Source: Candidatus Nomurabacteria bacterium
GTDB lineage: Bacteria; Patescibacteriota; Minisyncoccia; Phycocordibacterales; JAACPR01
Assembly (NCBI GenBank): GCA_020632215.1
Contig: JACKFZ010000004.1
Location: forward strand, 10,708 to 74,707
Direction of reading: 5' to 3'
DNA: 64,000 nt
The notes beneath the pieces are model-generated. The model was not told the origin of the DNA and made no database searches. It saw nothing but the letters and a program-made list of their open reading frames with translations. Made by a program: the position numbers and the translations under genes. Positions 47,646-58,361 of the stretch are shown here, one piece after another (within the stretch, counting starts at the first letter, position 1; every line of letters starts with the position of its first letter).

Positions 47646-49346
47646 TTATTTCAAATTGTCACTAGCTTCTAGGCTTTTCGACAAATCATTTATCTCTTTC
47701 AAAATGTCTTGCTGTCTCTTCTCATCTTTCTTTTGTTCAGCTTCTCGTAACTGTGTTTTCAATCGGTCTCTCTCTTTTTCCAAAAACTTTTTTCTAAAAT
47801 TACCGACCATTTCTTTTATTTCTTTTTCTAATAATTCTTTGTCGTCATACTGACTTTCTAAGAAAAATATGTCTTCCTCTGAAATCTTGGACTGCTCAAA
47901 GTCTTTCGTATTTTCTAACCCAATAATTTCTGCAATCTGTTTTTCCAAATCACCCACATCAATATCAGGAGATAATTTATTTTTTTGCCAAAATAAAATA
48001 TTTACCAAATGTTTTCCTATTGAATTTGAACTCTTTGCTTTGTCTACAACTGCATAATTTTTGTTTTCAAAAACAGTTTCTTCGGCATTATAAGTACTTA
48101 TTTCATTCCAAATAACTTCTTTATCAATTTTAAATTCTGAAGATAGTCTCTCCACAAAATGTGATTGTTCTAAAGAACTCGGAATACTTACTATGTAAGG
48201 AATTATTTTTTGATGAATTTCTTTTAAAGTAATTCTAGGATCTTTATTCTCAGTTTTTACTTTATCTATTAAGAAATCAATGATATGTAATGATTTTTTT
48301 ATAACTTCCTTCCACTTATTAGGATCACTTTGAATAATCGATGCTGGATCATCACCGACTTCCATTTTGCCAACTTTGACATCCATACCCTTAGAAAGAG
48401 CAATCTTCCAAGCTTTTTCAGAGGCACGAAAACCAGCACCATCTCCATCCAAAGCTATTACCATGCGATCTGACAATCTCTTCAGTAGATCAATTTGAAA
48501 ATCGGTCAAGGCTGTTCCTGAAACTGCTACAGTATTTTGGTAACCACTTTGCTGAGACAAAATGACATCAAATTGCCCTTCCACCAAAATAGAAAAGTTA
48601 TTTTTTCGAATACTATTTTTGGCAGAATGATAACCAAAAAGAATATGTGATTTGTTGAACAAAATAGTTTCTGGACTATTGAGATACTTTGCCTCTTTGG
48701 GATCGTGACTTAATGTTCTACCACTATAACCAATCACCCTATTAGCCGGATCAAATATAGGAAACATAATACGATTTCTAAATCTATCGTAGTAATCACC
48801 TCTTTCGCCTTTTTTTATTAATCCTGCAGATTCAATTTCTGATTCTTTATATCCTTTACTTTTTAAAAAATCTAGAATATTTCTCCAACCATCCTGGACC
48901 AAGCCAATTCTCCAATCGTCTATTGTTTGTTCTGTTAGACCTCTAGATTTTAGATAATCTAAAGACTCCTTAGAGTTTTCAATATTTTTTTGAAAAAAAG
49001 TTGTGGTTTTTTCCAGCATTTCATAAAGTTTATTTTTTTCTTCTTTATCAGGAGATTGATCGTACTTAATCTCAACGCCAGCTTTTTCTGCCAACATTTT
49101 CAAGGCACCTAGAAAATCTAGACTTTCAAACTGTTGGACAAAAGAAAATATATCTCCTTTGGCTCCACAACCAAAACAATAAAAAGAGTTTCTGTCAGCA
49201 GAAACAAAGAAGGACGGACTTTTTTCGTTGTGAAAAGGGCAAAGTCCTCGGTAATTTGAACCGGCTTTTTGCAACTTTATATAAGAACCTACTAACTCAA
49301 CAATACCGAGACGTTCTTTTATTTCTTCAACGGTACTAGAAGACAT
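47646..49346 (-). CDS. dnaG: DNA primase
   Basis: Zn-finger CPFHNEKSPSFFVSADRNSFYCFGCGAKGD, TOPRIM domain (EGQFDV, LDGDGAG). Confidence 0.85.
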   Translation of the reverse strand: MSSSTVEEIKERLGIVELVGSYIKLQKAGSNYRGLCPFHNEKSPSFFVSADRNSFYCFGCGAKGDIFSFVQQFESLDFLGALKMLAEKAGVEIKYDQSPDKEEKNKLYEMLEKTTTFFQKNIENSKESLDYLKSRGLTEQTIDDWRIGLVQDGWRNILDFLKSKGYKESEIESAGLIKKGERGDYYDRFRNRIMFPIFDPANRVIGYSGRTLSHDPKEAKYLNSPETILFNKSHILFGYHSAKNSIRKNNFSILVEGQFDVILSQQSGYQNTVAVSGTALTDFQIDLLKRLSDRMVIALDGDGAGFRASEKAWKIALSKGMDVKVGKMEVGDDPASIIQSDPNKWKEVIKKSLHIIDFLIDKVKTENKDPRITLKEIHQKIIPYIVSIPSSLEQSHFVERLSSEFKIDKEVIWNEISTYNAEETVFENKNYAVVDKAKSSNSIGKHLVNILFWQKNKLSPDIDVGDLEKQIAEIIGLENTKDFEQSKISEEDIFFLESQYDDKELLEKEIKEMVGNFRKKFLEKERDRLKTQLREAEQKKDEKRQQDILKEINDLSKSLEASDNLK

Positions 49347-49400
49347 TAGAATTTATCTTAAGTTGGTAATATACAAAAACCCAACCAAACTGAAATGACC

Positions 49401-52400
49401 TTATTCAGCTTGCATTGAATTTTCTAGAACTTCCCTTTCTATCTCTTCTTCAATTTCACGAACATTCTGCCACTTTTGACTTCCTTTAAATCCACTGCCC
49501 GCTGGAATTAGTCTTCCAATAATAACATTCTCTTTCAACCCTCTTAGTCTATCAGCGGCTCCTCTAACTGCTCCACTGATCAAAACTCTGGTAGTATGTT
49601 GGAATGAGGCTGCTGACAAGAAACTATTCTTACTCAAAGCAACTTCCGCAATTCCCATAATTAAAGCTTTGGCCTTGGCTTTTTCTTTCGCTGCGGGTAG
49701 TTCAGCATTCACTCTTTCAAGTTCAAACTCTTCAACCACTTCTCCTTCTGAAAAATTAGTATCACCAGGAGAAGTAATTTTCAATCTAGAAAACATTTGT
49801 CGGATAATAATTTCGATATGTTTTCGAGAAACAGATTCTCCTTGAAGTTCATAAATCTTGTTCACTTGTCCAATGATGTATTCCTGTGTTTTTTCTCGTC
49901 CAGCTAAAGCAAATAGTTCTTGCAGATCAGCAGACCCGTCAGTTAGAAATTGCCCCTTCTCTACTTCGTCACCAACTTTAACAAGAGGAGTTCTAACAAA
50001 AGAAAATCTGTATTCTGTATCTTTTTTTGTTTTTTTATTCTTTGGATCTTTTGGTGCTAGAATAATAACTTTCTCTTTTCCTTCTTCTAGTATTTCTGAA
50101 ATAAGCCCGTCCACTCGAGCAATAGCGGCAGGACTCTTTGGCTTTCTTCTTTCAAAGATTTCCTCCACACGAGGCAAACCTTGGGTAATATCCCCCCCAA
50201 CAGAAGCAGTACCTCCAGCATGGAAAGTTCTCATGGTTAGCTGTGTTCCTGGCTCTCCAATCGCTTGAGCAGCAACAGTTCCAACAGCTTCTCCAATATC
50301 AACTTGCTTCCCATTTCCCAAATCGTACCCGTAACATCGTGCACAAACACCATTATGACTAGCACAAGTTAAAGGCGAAAATACGGCCACTTCTTTCACT
50401 CCAGACTCTTCTATTTTTTGAGCATCTTCTTTCGATAGCAAATGTTCTTTTGCAAAAATCTTTTCTCCATTTTCTGTTTGAACATCTTGAGCCAAAACTC
50501 GGCCAAAAATCTTTCGTGATAACGGCACCTGAATTCCCGAGTCACTACCACCAGTGATAACAATAGACTTAGTAGTTCCACAATTTTCTTCAGAAACAAT
50601 TACGTCTTGAGCGACACTGAATAGTTTTCTAGTTAGATAACCAGCTCTGGCAGTGTTCAAAGCAGTGTCAGTCAAACCTTTTCTAGAACCGTGAGTGGTA
50701 GTGAAATATTCAATAGGAGTTAATCCTTCTTTACTAGAAGAAAGTACGGGATGTTCAATAGTTTCTCCATGAGCATTTTGAATAAGTCCTTTCATTCCAG
50801 CCATTTGAGTAATTTGAGAAATAGATCCTCTGGCACCTGATTTCCAAAGATCATAAACAGATCCGTTTGGATCAAGAGTTTCAGGGATCATTTGCTCAAT
50901 CTGGTTCTTTACACCGTGCCAAATTTCCACAACTTTTCTTAGTTTTTCTTCATCTGACAAAAATCCTTCATTGTACTGATTGACAATTTCCTTTACTTTC
51001 TGTTCTGCTTCATTAATAACGTCATACTTCTTATCAGGAATCACAATATCCCCATGACCCCAAGTAGTTCCAGAGTATGTCGCATACTTGAATCCAAATT
51101 CTTTAACTTTATCTAGAGTAGGAGTAACATTTTCAATTCCATATTTATTTATCAAATCATTGATAATGACAGCCATTTTTTTTGAATCAATTGGTTCATT
51201 GATAAATGGGTAGTCATCAGGCAAAACTGAATTGAACAAAATTCTTCCAACAGAAGTTTCTAGTGGTTTATGAACATAGTCAGCGTACTTTGAATTTTCT
51301 TTTCCACCAACTAGAATCTTTGCCCTTAGACTAACAATATCGTAGTCAAAAGCAGTAATAGCATTATTTGGACTTGGGAAAAGCTTTCCTTCTCCTTTTT
51401 CTCCATCAACTCTCTTAGTCATCCAGTAACAACCTAGAATGATATCCAATTTATTAGCAGAAAGAATTAAGTCACCACTACCTGGCTTTAGAATGTTTTT
51501 ATCAGCAGCCATAATTTCTCTAGCTTCATACTGAGCTTGCTGAGACAATGGAACATGAACAGCCATTTGGTCTCCGTCGAAGTCAGCGTTAAAAGCAGTA
51601 CAAACTAGAGGATGAACTTGAATAGCTTCACCTTCAATCAAAATTGGTTGAAAAGCTTGAATACCAAGTCTGTGTAGAGTTGGAGCTCGGTTTAGAAGGA
51701 CATATTTATTCTGAATAACCTCTTCCAAAACTTCCCATACTTCTGGAATGCTTTCTTCAATCAATTTTCCTGCACCTCTAATATTAAAAGCTAATTCTCT
51801 TTTTAGAAGTCCTGAAATCACAAATGGTTTAAACAATTCAAGAGCCATGTGTTTTGGTAAACCACATTGATGAAGTTTCAAGCTTGGTCCAACAACGATA
51901 ACTGAACGACCTGAGTAATCTACTCTCTTTCCAAGAAGATTTGACCGGAATAAGCCTCTTTTTCCTTTTAGATTATCGGAGATAGATTTGAGAGGTCTCT
52001 TTTGAGCTTGCGAAGCACCAGCATACAACTGGTTTCCATGTCTGATAGAATTATCTATCAAAGCATCAACGGCTTCTTGTAAAATTCTTTTTTCATTTCT
52101 TAAAATAACATCAGGAGCACTAATTTCTAGCAATTTCTTTAGACGATTATTTCTGTTAATAACTCTTCTATATAAGTCATTAACATCTGATGTGGCATGT
52201 CTTCCGCCATCTAGCGCAACCATAGGTCTTAATCCTGGAGGAATAACAGGAATTCTCGTTAAGAACATCCATTCTGGTCGAACACCTGACTTTGCCATTG
52301 AACTAATCAAGCTTATTCTTTTGGTTAGTTTATCTTTTACAAGACCAGTTGCAGTTTCTTTTTGTTCCAAAAGCTTTACTAGCAATTTTTCTAAATCAAG

Positions 52401-53081
52401 ATTCTTAAATATCTTGTGTACAGCTTCTGCTCCAATTTCTGCTTCAAAAAGAGTCGAGTATTTCATTGAATATTTATGATATTCAACCTCATCCAAAACG
52501 ACCCCCTCTTTGATATATTCAATGTCTTTTTTAGTTTGAGTGAATAGATTTTTCAAAGCATCTTTGGTTTTTTGATCTTGAGATGATTTTAACTTTGTTT
52601 TGTATTCAGAATCTAATTCTTTCAAAAATTGTTTTCTTTCATCTTCGTGAACTTCCGTCACCAGGTATCCTGCAAAGTAAACTACCTTTTCTAGATCAGA
52701 AGTTGTCATACCTAAAATCAAACCAATTCTTGAAGGCATAGCTCTCAAGAACCAGATGTGTGAGACCGGTGTAGCCAATTCTATATGCCCCATTCTCTCT
52801 CGACGAACAATGGCTCTGGTGACTTCGACTCCACACTTTTCACAAACAATATTCTTGTATCTAATACCTCTATATTTTCCACAGTAACATTCGAAATCTC
52901 TTTCGGGCCCGAAGATTTTTTCATCAAAAAGACCATTTTTCTCACTTCTTTGAGTTCGATAGTTCATAGTCTCTGGCTTTGTTACTTCGCCATATGACCA
53001 CTCTAAAATCTTATCTGGAGAAGCAACCTTCAGATGTATTTCGTCAAAATCTCTTGGGATGAATTTTTTGTTTTTTTGCAT
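49401..53081 (-). CDS. rpoC: DNA-directed RNA polymerase subunit beta'
   Basis: Zn-binding CxxC pairs, NADFDGDQM active site. 1226 aa. Confidence 0.95.
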   Translation of the reverse strand: MQKNKKFIPRDFDEIHLKVASPDKILEWSYGEVTKPETMNYRTQRSEKNGLFDEKIFGPERDFECYCGKYRGIRYKNIVCEKCGVEVTRAIVRRERMGHIELATPVSHIWFLRAMPSRIGLILGMTTSDLEKVVYFAGYLVTEVHEDERKQFLKELDSEYKTKLKSSQDQKTKDALKNLFTQTKKDIEYIKEGVVLDEVEYHKYSMKYSTLFEAEIGAEAVHKIFKNLDLEKLLVKLLEQKETATGLVKDKLTKRISLISSMAKSGVRPEWMFLTRIPVIPPGLRPMVALDGGRHATSDVNDLYRRVINRNNRLKKLLEISAPDVILRNEKRILQEAVDALIDNSIRHGNQLYAGASQAQKRPLKSISDNLKGKRGLFRSNLLGKRVDYSGRSVIVVGPSLKLHQCGLPKHMALELFKPFVISGLLKRELAFNIRGAGKLIEESIPEVWEVLEEVIQNKYVLLNRAPTLHRLGIQAFQPILIEGEAIQVHPLVCTAFNADFDGDQMAVHVPLSQQAQYEAREIMAADKNILKPGSGDLILSANKLDIILGCYWMTKRVDGEKGEGKLFPSPNNAITAFDYDIVSLRAKILVGGKENSKYADYVHKPLETSVGRILFNSVLPDDYPFINEPIDSKKMAVIINDLINKYGIENVTPTLDKVKEFGFKYATYSGTTWGHGDIVIPDKKYDVINEAEQKVKEIVNQYNEGFLSDEEKLRKVVEIWHGVKNQIEQMIPETLDPNGSVYDLWKSGARGSISQITQMAGMKGLIQNAHGETIEHPVLSSSKEGLTPIEYFTTTHGSRKGLTDTALNTARAGYLTRKLFSVAQDVIVSEENCGTTKSIVITGGSDSGIQVPLSRKIFGRVLAQDVQTENGEKIFAKEHLLSKEDAQKIEESGVKEVAVFSPLTCASHNGVCARCYGYDLGNGKQVDIGEAVGTVAAQAIGEPGTQLTMRTFHAGGTASVGGDITQGLPRVEEIFERRKPKSPAAIARVDGLISEILEEGKEKVIILAPKDPKNKKTKKDTEYRFSFVRTPLVKVGDEVEKGQFLTDGSADLQELFALAGREKTQEYIIGQVNKIYELQGESVSRKHIEIIIRQMFSRLKITSPGDTNFSEGEVVEEFELERVNAELPAAKEKAKAKALIMGIAEVALSKNSFLSAASFQHTTRVLISGAVRGAADRLRGLKENVIIGRLIPAGSGFKGSQKWQNVREIEEEIEREVLENSMQAE

Positions 53082-53092
53082 AGATCTTTTTG

Positions 53093-56000
53093 TTAATTAT
53101 TATCTTCGTTATCTTCTTCTCCTGACTTTTTCATTTCTACATCAAGTCCAAGACCTCGAAGATTGTTTACTAATACATTGAATGACGCTGGAATATTTGC
53201 CTGTCTGATTGGCTCACCTTTAACAATAGAGTCAAAAGCAACAGATCGACCTTGAATATCATCAGACTTATATGTCAGAACTTCTCTTAAGGTATGAGCG
53301 GCACCATGCCCAAGCAGAGCCCAGACTTCCATTTCTCCAAATCTCTGGCCTCCATTTTGTGCTCGTCCTCCAAGGGGTTGTTGAGTAATGAGAGAATATG
53401 GTCCAATAGAACGCATGTGTATCTTATCTTCAACCATGTGATGAAGTTTCAAAATATACATATAACCAACAGAAACTTGTTTATCAAATTTCTCTCCTGT
53501 TCGTCCATCATAAAGTGTCATTTTTCCACTTTTATCAAACCCTGCTTCTTCCAATTCTTTTTGAATTTCTTCATCGGTAGCACCCGCAAAAGCTGGTACA
53601 ACAGCTTGAAAACCAAGAGTTTTTGCAGCAAGACCAAGGTGAATTTCAAGAATCTGTCCCAAGTTCATACGACTCGGAACTCCAAGTGGAGTTAGAATTA
53701 CATCGATAGGTGTTCCGTCTTCTGCATATGGCATATCCGCTTCTGGGAGTACTTTTGCAATAACACCTTTGTTTCCGTGTCGCCCAGCTAGCTTATCCCC
53801 GACAGTTACTCTTCTAAGTTCCGCCACTTCAATATGAATTCTTTTGATAATTCCAGATTCTAGTTTGTCGCCATTTTCTCTTGAGAAAACTTTAACACCA
53901 ATAACTCGTCCTCTCTTTCCACTTTCTACTCTCTTTGATGTATCTTTTACATCCCTAGCCTTATCACCAAAGATAGATCGCAGAAGTCTTTCTTCTGGGG
54001 TAAGTTGTGTTTCTCCTTTTGGTGTAATTTTTCCAACAAGAATATCTCCTGGTCTAACTTCAGCACCGATTCTAATAATTCCCTCTTCATCTAGATTTCT
54101 AAGTTTTGTATCACTAACATTTGGAATATCGGCAGTTGTTACTTCTGGTCCAAGTTTGGTATCTCGGACATTTACTACCACTTCTTCCATATGAACAGAT
54201 GAAAAAATATTTTCTTTTACTAATCTTTCAGAAATAATAATGGCATCTTCATAGTTTGATCCTGACCAAGACATAAAAGCTACAAGAACATTTTGTCCTA
54301 AAGCAATTTGTCCGTTATCAGTAGAAGATGTATCTGCTAGCAATTGTCCTTTCTTTACTTTTTGATTTGGAGAAACAACAGGTCTTTGATGTGAACATGT
54401 AAAGCTGTTTGTTCTTTCAAAGTTTACGAGTTGATATTCTGTCTTCTTGCCTTTAGCATTTTTGATAACAATTTTCTTTGCATCAACAGATTCTACAACC
54501 CCCTCTTCTTCTGCTCTTATAATCCGGCTAGATTGTTTTAGAGCCAATTCTTCAGTTCCCGTAGAAACTAATGGAGCCTCAACATGTACACAAGGAACAG
54601 CTTGTTTTTGCATGTTTGATGCCATCAGAGCTCGGTTGGCTTCATCATGATTCAAGAATGGAATCATAGAAGTAGCAATAGAGAAAGCTTGATTTGTTGC
54701 AACATCCATAAAATCAACTTCATTTTTCTTTATTACTTCTGGTCTTCCGTCAATACGAGCATCGACATATTTATCTAGGATTTCGCCTTTTTCGTTGTAA
54801 TTAACACCAGCATCAGCAATCTTGTATTGTTCTTCTTCTAAAGCGTTTAGATAGACAATTTCTTTTGTAATAACACCCTTATCCACCTTTAAGTAAGGAG
54901 TTTCAATCATTCCAAAATGATTTGTCCGAGCAAAATTTGTAAATCTCAAAATCAATCCGATGTTTGGTCCTTCTGGAGTTTGAATAGGACAAAGTCTTCC
55001 GTAGTGAGAAGGGTGCACATCACGCACTTCAAGTCCTGCTCTTTCTCGTGACAAACCTCCAGGTCCTAATGCAGAAACAGTTCTCAAATGTTCAATTTCT
55101 TGTAAAACATTGTCTTGTTGAATAAATTGAGAAAGTTGATTTGTTGTGAAGAATTCTTTAATTCTTGCTTGAAGTGGTCTTGGAGAAATGAAGTTTACAG
55201 GCAAAGATGTATCACTTTCGATAGTAGACATCCTGTTTTGAATGTTTCTTTTCATTTGAACCATACCAGTTCTTATCTTTTGTTGTAGAAGTTCTCCAAC
55301 AAAACGAACTCGACGTGAGCCGAGGTGATCTATATCATCTTCATGAGCACCATGAGTGTGATTCATTTCAATCATATGATTGATAATAAGTGCCACATCA
55401 TCAATCGTAATAGTCTTTTGTGTCAAAGTTTTCTTGTCAGTCGGTAGTCCAAATCTATTATTGAACTTATATCTTCCAACAGCTGAGAAGTCGTATCTTT
55501 CTTCATCTAAAATAGAGCTAACAAATTCTTTTGCATTTTCTAAAGTAGCAAGATCTCCATCTCTTAATCTTTTATATATATCAAGAAAAGATTCATCAAT
55601 ATTTTTTGTTTCATCTTTTTCCAGTGTTAATTCTAGACCTTTTTTAGCATGCTCGTTCTTTTTGAATAGTTTTAGAATATCTTCGTCAGTTTTTGCACCC
55701 ATTACTCTCAAAAATGAAGAAACAGGGAATTTTCTGTTCTTATCAATTCGAACATAAACAATATCATCTGCATCAGTTTCGAATTCAATCCATGCTCCTC
55801 GAGCAGGAATAATCTTTGCTCCAAAATATTTCTTTCCTTTTATAATGTTTGCAGTGAAGATAACACCAAAAGAACGGGCTAGTTGTGGAACTATAACCCG
55901 CTCTATTCCATTGATGATAAATGTCCCATGACGTGTCATCATCGGAAAATCAGCCATAAAAATCTCTTGTTCCTTCTCAGTTCCAAGAGTTTTATTGAAT

Positions 56001-56362
56001 AATTTGACATTTACCTTTAGTGGCGCTTCGTATGTAATATGATTTGCCTTGGCATGCAGTGGATCATATTTTGGTTCTTCAATTTGAAAATCAACAAAAG
56101 ACAACTCAAATTTTTTATCTGAGTAATCCTTGATTGGAGAAAATTCATCCAATATTTCTTTTATTCCATCTTTTATTAACCATTTGAAAGATTCTACTTG
56201 GTCTCCGTAGAGATCTGGTAATTCTATGAATGGCTTCTTGTATTTTGCAAAATGTTTTTTGTCCCAATGACCAACCGACTTATCGCTTTGTTTTTTTAGA
56301 CTACCTCGATCCTTATACAAAATGAGGTCCCCCACCGCATTGCTATCATTTTTGTCCGACAT
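53093..56362 (-). CDS. rpoB: DNA-directed RNA polymerase subunit beta
   Basis: Conserved beta regions throughout. The start is taken as ATG 56362 (MSDKND), 5 nt after GGGTGA; the track's GTG at 56368 is the alternative. Confidence 0.95.
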   Translation of the reverse strand: MSDKNDSNAVGDLILYKDRGSLKKQSDKSVGHWDKKHFAKYKKPFIELPDLYGDQVESFKWLIKDGIKEILDEFSPIKDYSDKKFELSFVDFQIEEPKYDPLHAKANHITYEAPLKVNVKLFNKTLGTEKEQEIFMADFPMMTRHGTFIINGIERVIVPQLARSFGVIFTANIIKGKKYFGAKIIPARGAWIEFETDADDIVYVRIDKNRKFPVSSFLRVMGAKTDEDILKLFKKNEHAKKGLELTLEKDETKNIDESFLDIYKRLRDGDLATLENAKEFVSSILDEERYDFSAVGRYKFNNRFGLPTDKKTLTQKTITIDDVALIINHMIEMNHTHGAHEDDIDHLGSRRVRFVGELLQQKIRTGMVQMKRNIQNRMSTIESDTSLPVNFISPRPLQARIKEFFTTNQLSQFIQQDNVLQEIEHLRTVSALGPGGLSRERAGLEVRDVHPSHYGRLCPIQTPEGPNIGLILRFTNFARTNHFGMIETPYLKVDKGVITKEIVYLNALEEEQYKIADAGVNYNEKGEILDKYVDARIDGRPEVIKKNEVDFMDVATNQAFSIATSMIPFLNHDEANRALMASNMQKQAVPCVHVEAPLVSTGTEELALKQSSRIIRAEEEGVVESVDAKKIVIKNAKGKKTEYQLVNFERTNSFTCSHQRPVVSPNQKVKKGQLLADTSSTDNGQIALGQNVLVAFMSWSGSNYEDAIIISERLVKENIFSSVHMEEVVVNVRDTKLGPEVTTADIPNVSDTKLRNLDEEGIIRIGAEVRPGDILVGKITPKGETQLTPEERLLRSIFGDKARDVKDTSKRVESGKRGRVIGVKVFSRENGDKLESGIIKRIHIEVAELRRVTVGDKLAGRHGNKGVIAKVLPEADMPYAEDGTPIDVILTPLGVPSRMNLGQILEIHLGLAAKTLGFQAVVPAFAGATDEEIQKELEEAGFDKSGKMTLYDGRTGEKFDKQVSVGYMYILKLHHMVEDKIHMRSIGPYSLITQQPLGGRAQNGGQRFGEMEVWALLGHGAAHTLREVLTYKSDDIQGRSVAFDSIVKGEPIRQANIPASFNVLVNNLRGLGLDVEMKKSGEEDNEDNN

Positions 56363-56370
56363 ATTCACCC

Positions 56371-56412
56371 AAAAAAATTATTACACCAAAAAGCTTCACC
56401 CTAGCTTTTTGG
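56371..56412 (-). promoter_or_regulatory. Hairpin + T-tract directly upstream of the rpoB start (candidate attenuator/terminator)
   Basis: Minus strand: CCAAAAAGCT-AGGGTGA-AGCTTTTTGG followed by TGTAATAATTTTTTTGGG, ending ~9 nt before the rpoB ATG. Confidence 0.45.
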
Positions 56413-56578
56413 CTACTGTAAATAAGATCTTTTTTCTAATAATTTGTTACTAGAATAAGCTCAAACTTAGTATTGATAAAAATAAACTCTGACCTAAACC
56501 TGAATGTCAATATATTAATCGAAAGAGGTATTTTTGTCAAATGGGTGATTTGAGGATTATTTATGGCCATCTTTTTAT

Positions 56579-57220
56579 TTACTTCTCCCCCTTCTTCCAC
56601 TTCTCAATCTCCTTATGGTGTCCACTGACTAATACTTTTGGAACAGAATATTTTTTCTTCATATATTCAAAAGTTTCTGGACGAGTATATACATCATGAG
56701 AAGACACTCTATTTTCTTCTAAAGAATCAATGTCTCCCAAAACTCCTCTTATCTGTCTAGAGATAGTATCAATCATAATCATTGTTGGTAATTCGCCACC
56801 TGTTACCACAAAAGGTCCAACTGATATCTCTTCTACTTTAAAAACTTTTTTCACTCTTACATCTATTCCTTCATATCTGCCACAAATAAAGATGAAATCA
56901 TTAAACTTACTAGCCACATTCTTGGCCATCTTGGTATCAAATTGTTTTCCCCCTGGAGATAGAAAAAATATCTTTACCTTTTTCTTTTGACCTTTGGCTT
57001 TTTTAACAGCTTTGATGACAGGTAAAGCTTCGATAACCATTCCTGGTCCACCACCATAAGGTTTTTGGTCAACTCTATGATTTTTATCTTTTGTAAAATC
57101 TCTAGGGTTGTAGTACTTAATCTTTATTTTTTTATCTTCGATTGCTCTTTTGATAATAGAGCTACCAAAATATGATTCAAAACTTTCTGGAAAAAGAGAA
57201 ATGATATGAAATGTTTTCAT
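56579..57220 (-). CDS. trmD: tRNA (guanine37-N1)-methyltransferase
   Basis: SPOUT fold, GYEGID motif, YGGGPGMV. 213 aa. Confidence 0.85.
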   Translation of the reverse strand: MKTFHIISLFPESFESYFGSSIIKRAIEDKKIKIKYYNPRDFTKDKNHRVDQKPYGGGPGMVIEALPVIKAVKKAKGQKKKVKIFFLSPGGKQFDTKMAKNVASKFNDFIFICGRYEGIDVRVKKVFKVEEISVGPFVVTGGELPTMIMIDTISRQIRGVLGDIDSLEENRVSSHDVYTRPETFEYMKKKYSVPKVLVSGHHKEIEKWKKGEK

Positions 57221-57223
57221 AGT

Positions 57224-57255
57224 TAGTGAATAGTAAATAGTAAATAGTAAATAGT
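57224..57255. repeat. (AAATAGT)x4 tandem heptamer immediately upstream of the trmD start
   Basis: Read directly. Similar AATAGT-type repeats occur at 30781-30808 and 57887-57906. Confidence 0.7.
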
Positions 57256-57440
57256 CAAATATTATTAGCGTTCAGCTGTCAGCGATCAGTTATTAGTAAT
57301 AATCCCGTCATTCTGAACCAGAACAACCTCGTCTTACGAGGTTGTGAAGGATTCAGGATCACGGGTGCAAGAGAAAAGTGGCCTAAAGTTGTTCGGGATC
57401 CTGAATCAAGCCACGTAGAACGTGGCAGGTTCAGGAAGAC

Positions 57441-57472
57441 ATAATAAAAAATATCCCGGCTCGGAGGCCGGG
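57441..57472 (-). terminator. Intrinsic terminator after the KH-domain gene
   Basis: Minus strand: CCCGGC-CTCCGA-GCCGGG + ATATTTTTTATTAT. Confidence 0.6.
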
Positions 57473-57505
57473 ACAGAGGGAATTCTCCCTTTTTAGTAAA
57501 TAGTT

Positions 57506-57811
57506 TTATATACTTAGGTCATCTACTGCTTCATCAACAGTTTTTGACATACTTCTTCCAGAACCTCCTTCTGGTTCGTTAACCTTAAGGTTAACTCGAG
57601 CGTTATTCTTCATTCCAACAACTCGTAAAAGAGTTCGAATGGCTTTGGCTGTATTACCCTGGCGACCGATAATCTTACCCATATCTTCTTGATCAACGGT
57701 AAGAGTCAGCAGAACGCCCATTTCGTCAACGGTGCGATCAACCTTCACTGCTTCGGGCTTATCAACTAAAGTTTTTACAACATACTCAAGAAATTCTTGA
57801 TCTTTTTCCAT
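57506..57811 (-). CDS. KH-domain RNA-binding protein (YlqC-like), member of the rpsP-trmD cluster
   Basis: GKIIGRQGNTAKAIRTLL KH motif. 101 aa. Confidence 0.8.
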   Translation of the reverse strand: MEKDQEFLEYVVKTLVDKPEAVKVDRTVDEMGVLLTLTVDQEDMGKIIGRQGNTAKAIRTLLRVVGMKNNARVNLKVNEPEGGSGRSMSKTVDEAVDDLSI

Positions 57812-57970
57812 TATGTAATATCAGTTATTCGAGTAAACAGCACGACATCTTTTCGTAACTGTATTTTAATTTTATTACATAAAGACAATTAGAGCAACGC
57901 GAATTAGGTAATAGTTAATAGTTAGTAGGAAAAAATGTTTGCTAAAAAATCATTGACAAAAATATAAAAG

Positions 57971-58279
57971 TTGTTACTATGGACGGCTGAATTTCCCCGC
58001 GAGTGCGAGGAAATATTTTTTTGTTCCACAACACCAACACCTTTAAAAAGTATGCAACACACTGAGACGGAAGAAGGAGGTCCTGGCAACATCTGTGGAT
58101 GTAAATTATGCCTAATTATTATTGGCCACTTCCCTTATCACCACCCTCAATCCGAGGTCGAGAAGGCTGTAGCAGCCGTCTGTGCCCAAGGAGTTGACCC
58201 TGGCATGAGATCTTTATGGGTGGGAGCGATTCTCTCACATGGGTTCGACAAAGGCAGCTGCGAAGGCACAACTCATTGA
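57971..58279 (+). CDS. Hypothetical GC-rich, Cys-rich small protein (102 aa), or non-coding
   Basis: ORF in a GC-rich patch, followed by a bidirectional terminator at 58362-58390. No family. Confidence 0.3.
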   Translation: MLLWTAEFPRECEEIFFCSTTPTPLKSMQHTETEEGGPGNICGCKLCLIIIGHFPYHHPQSEVEKAVAAVCAQGVDPGMRSLWVGAILSHGFDKGSCEGTTH

Positions 58280-58361
58280 ATCCTTCCATCGACCTTTTCC
58301 CTCTCTAACCACTCGCTTCGCACCGATGTGAAAGAGGGGGATCAAAGGTCTTTTTTTCTAA

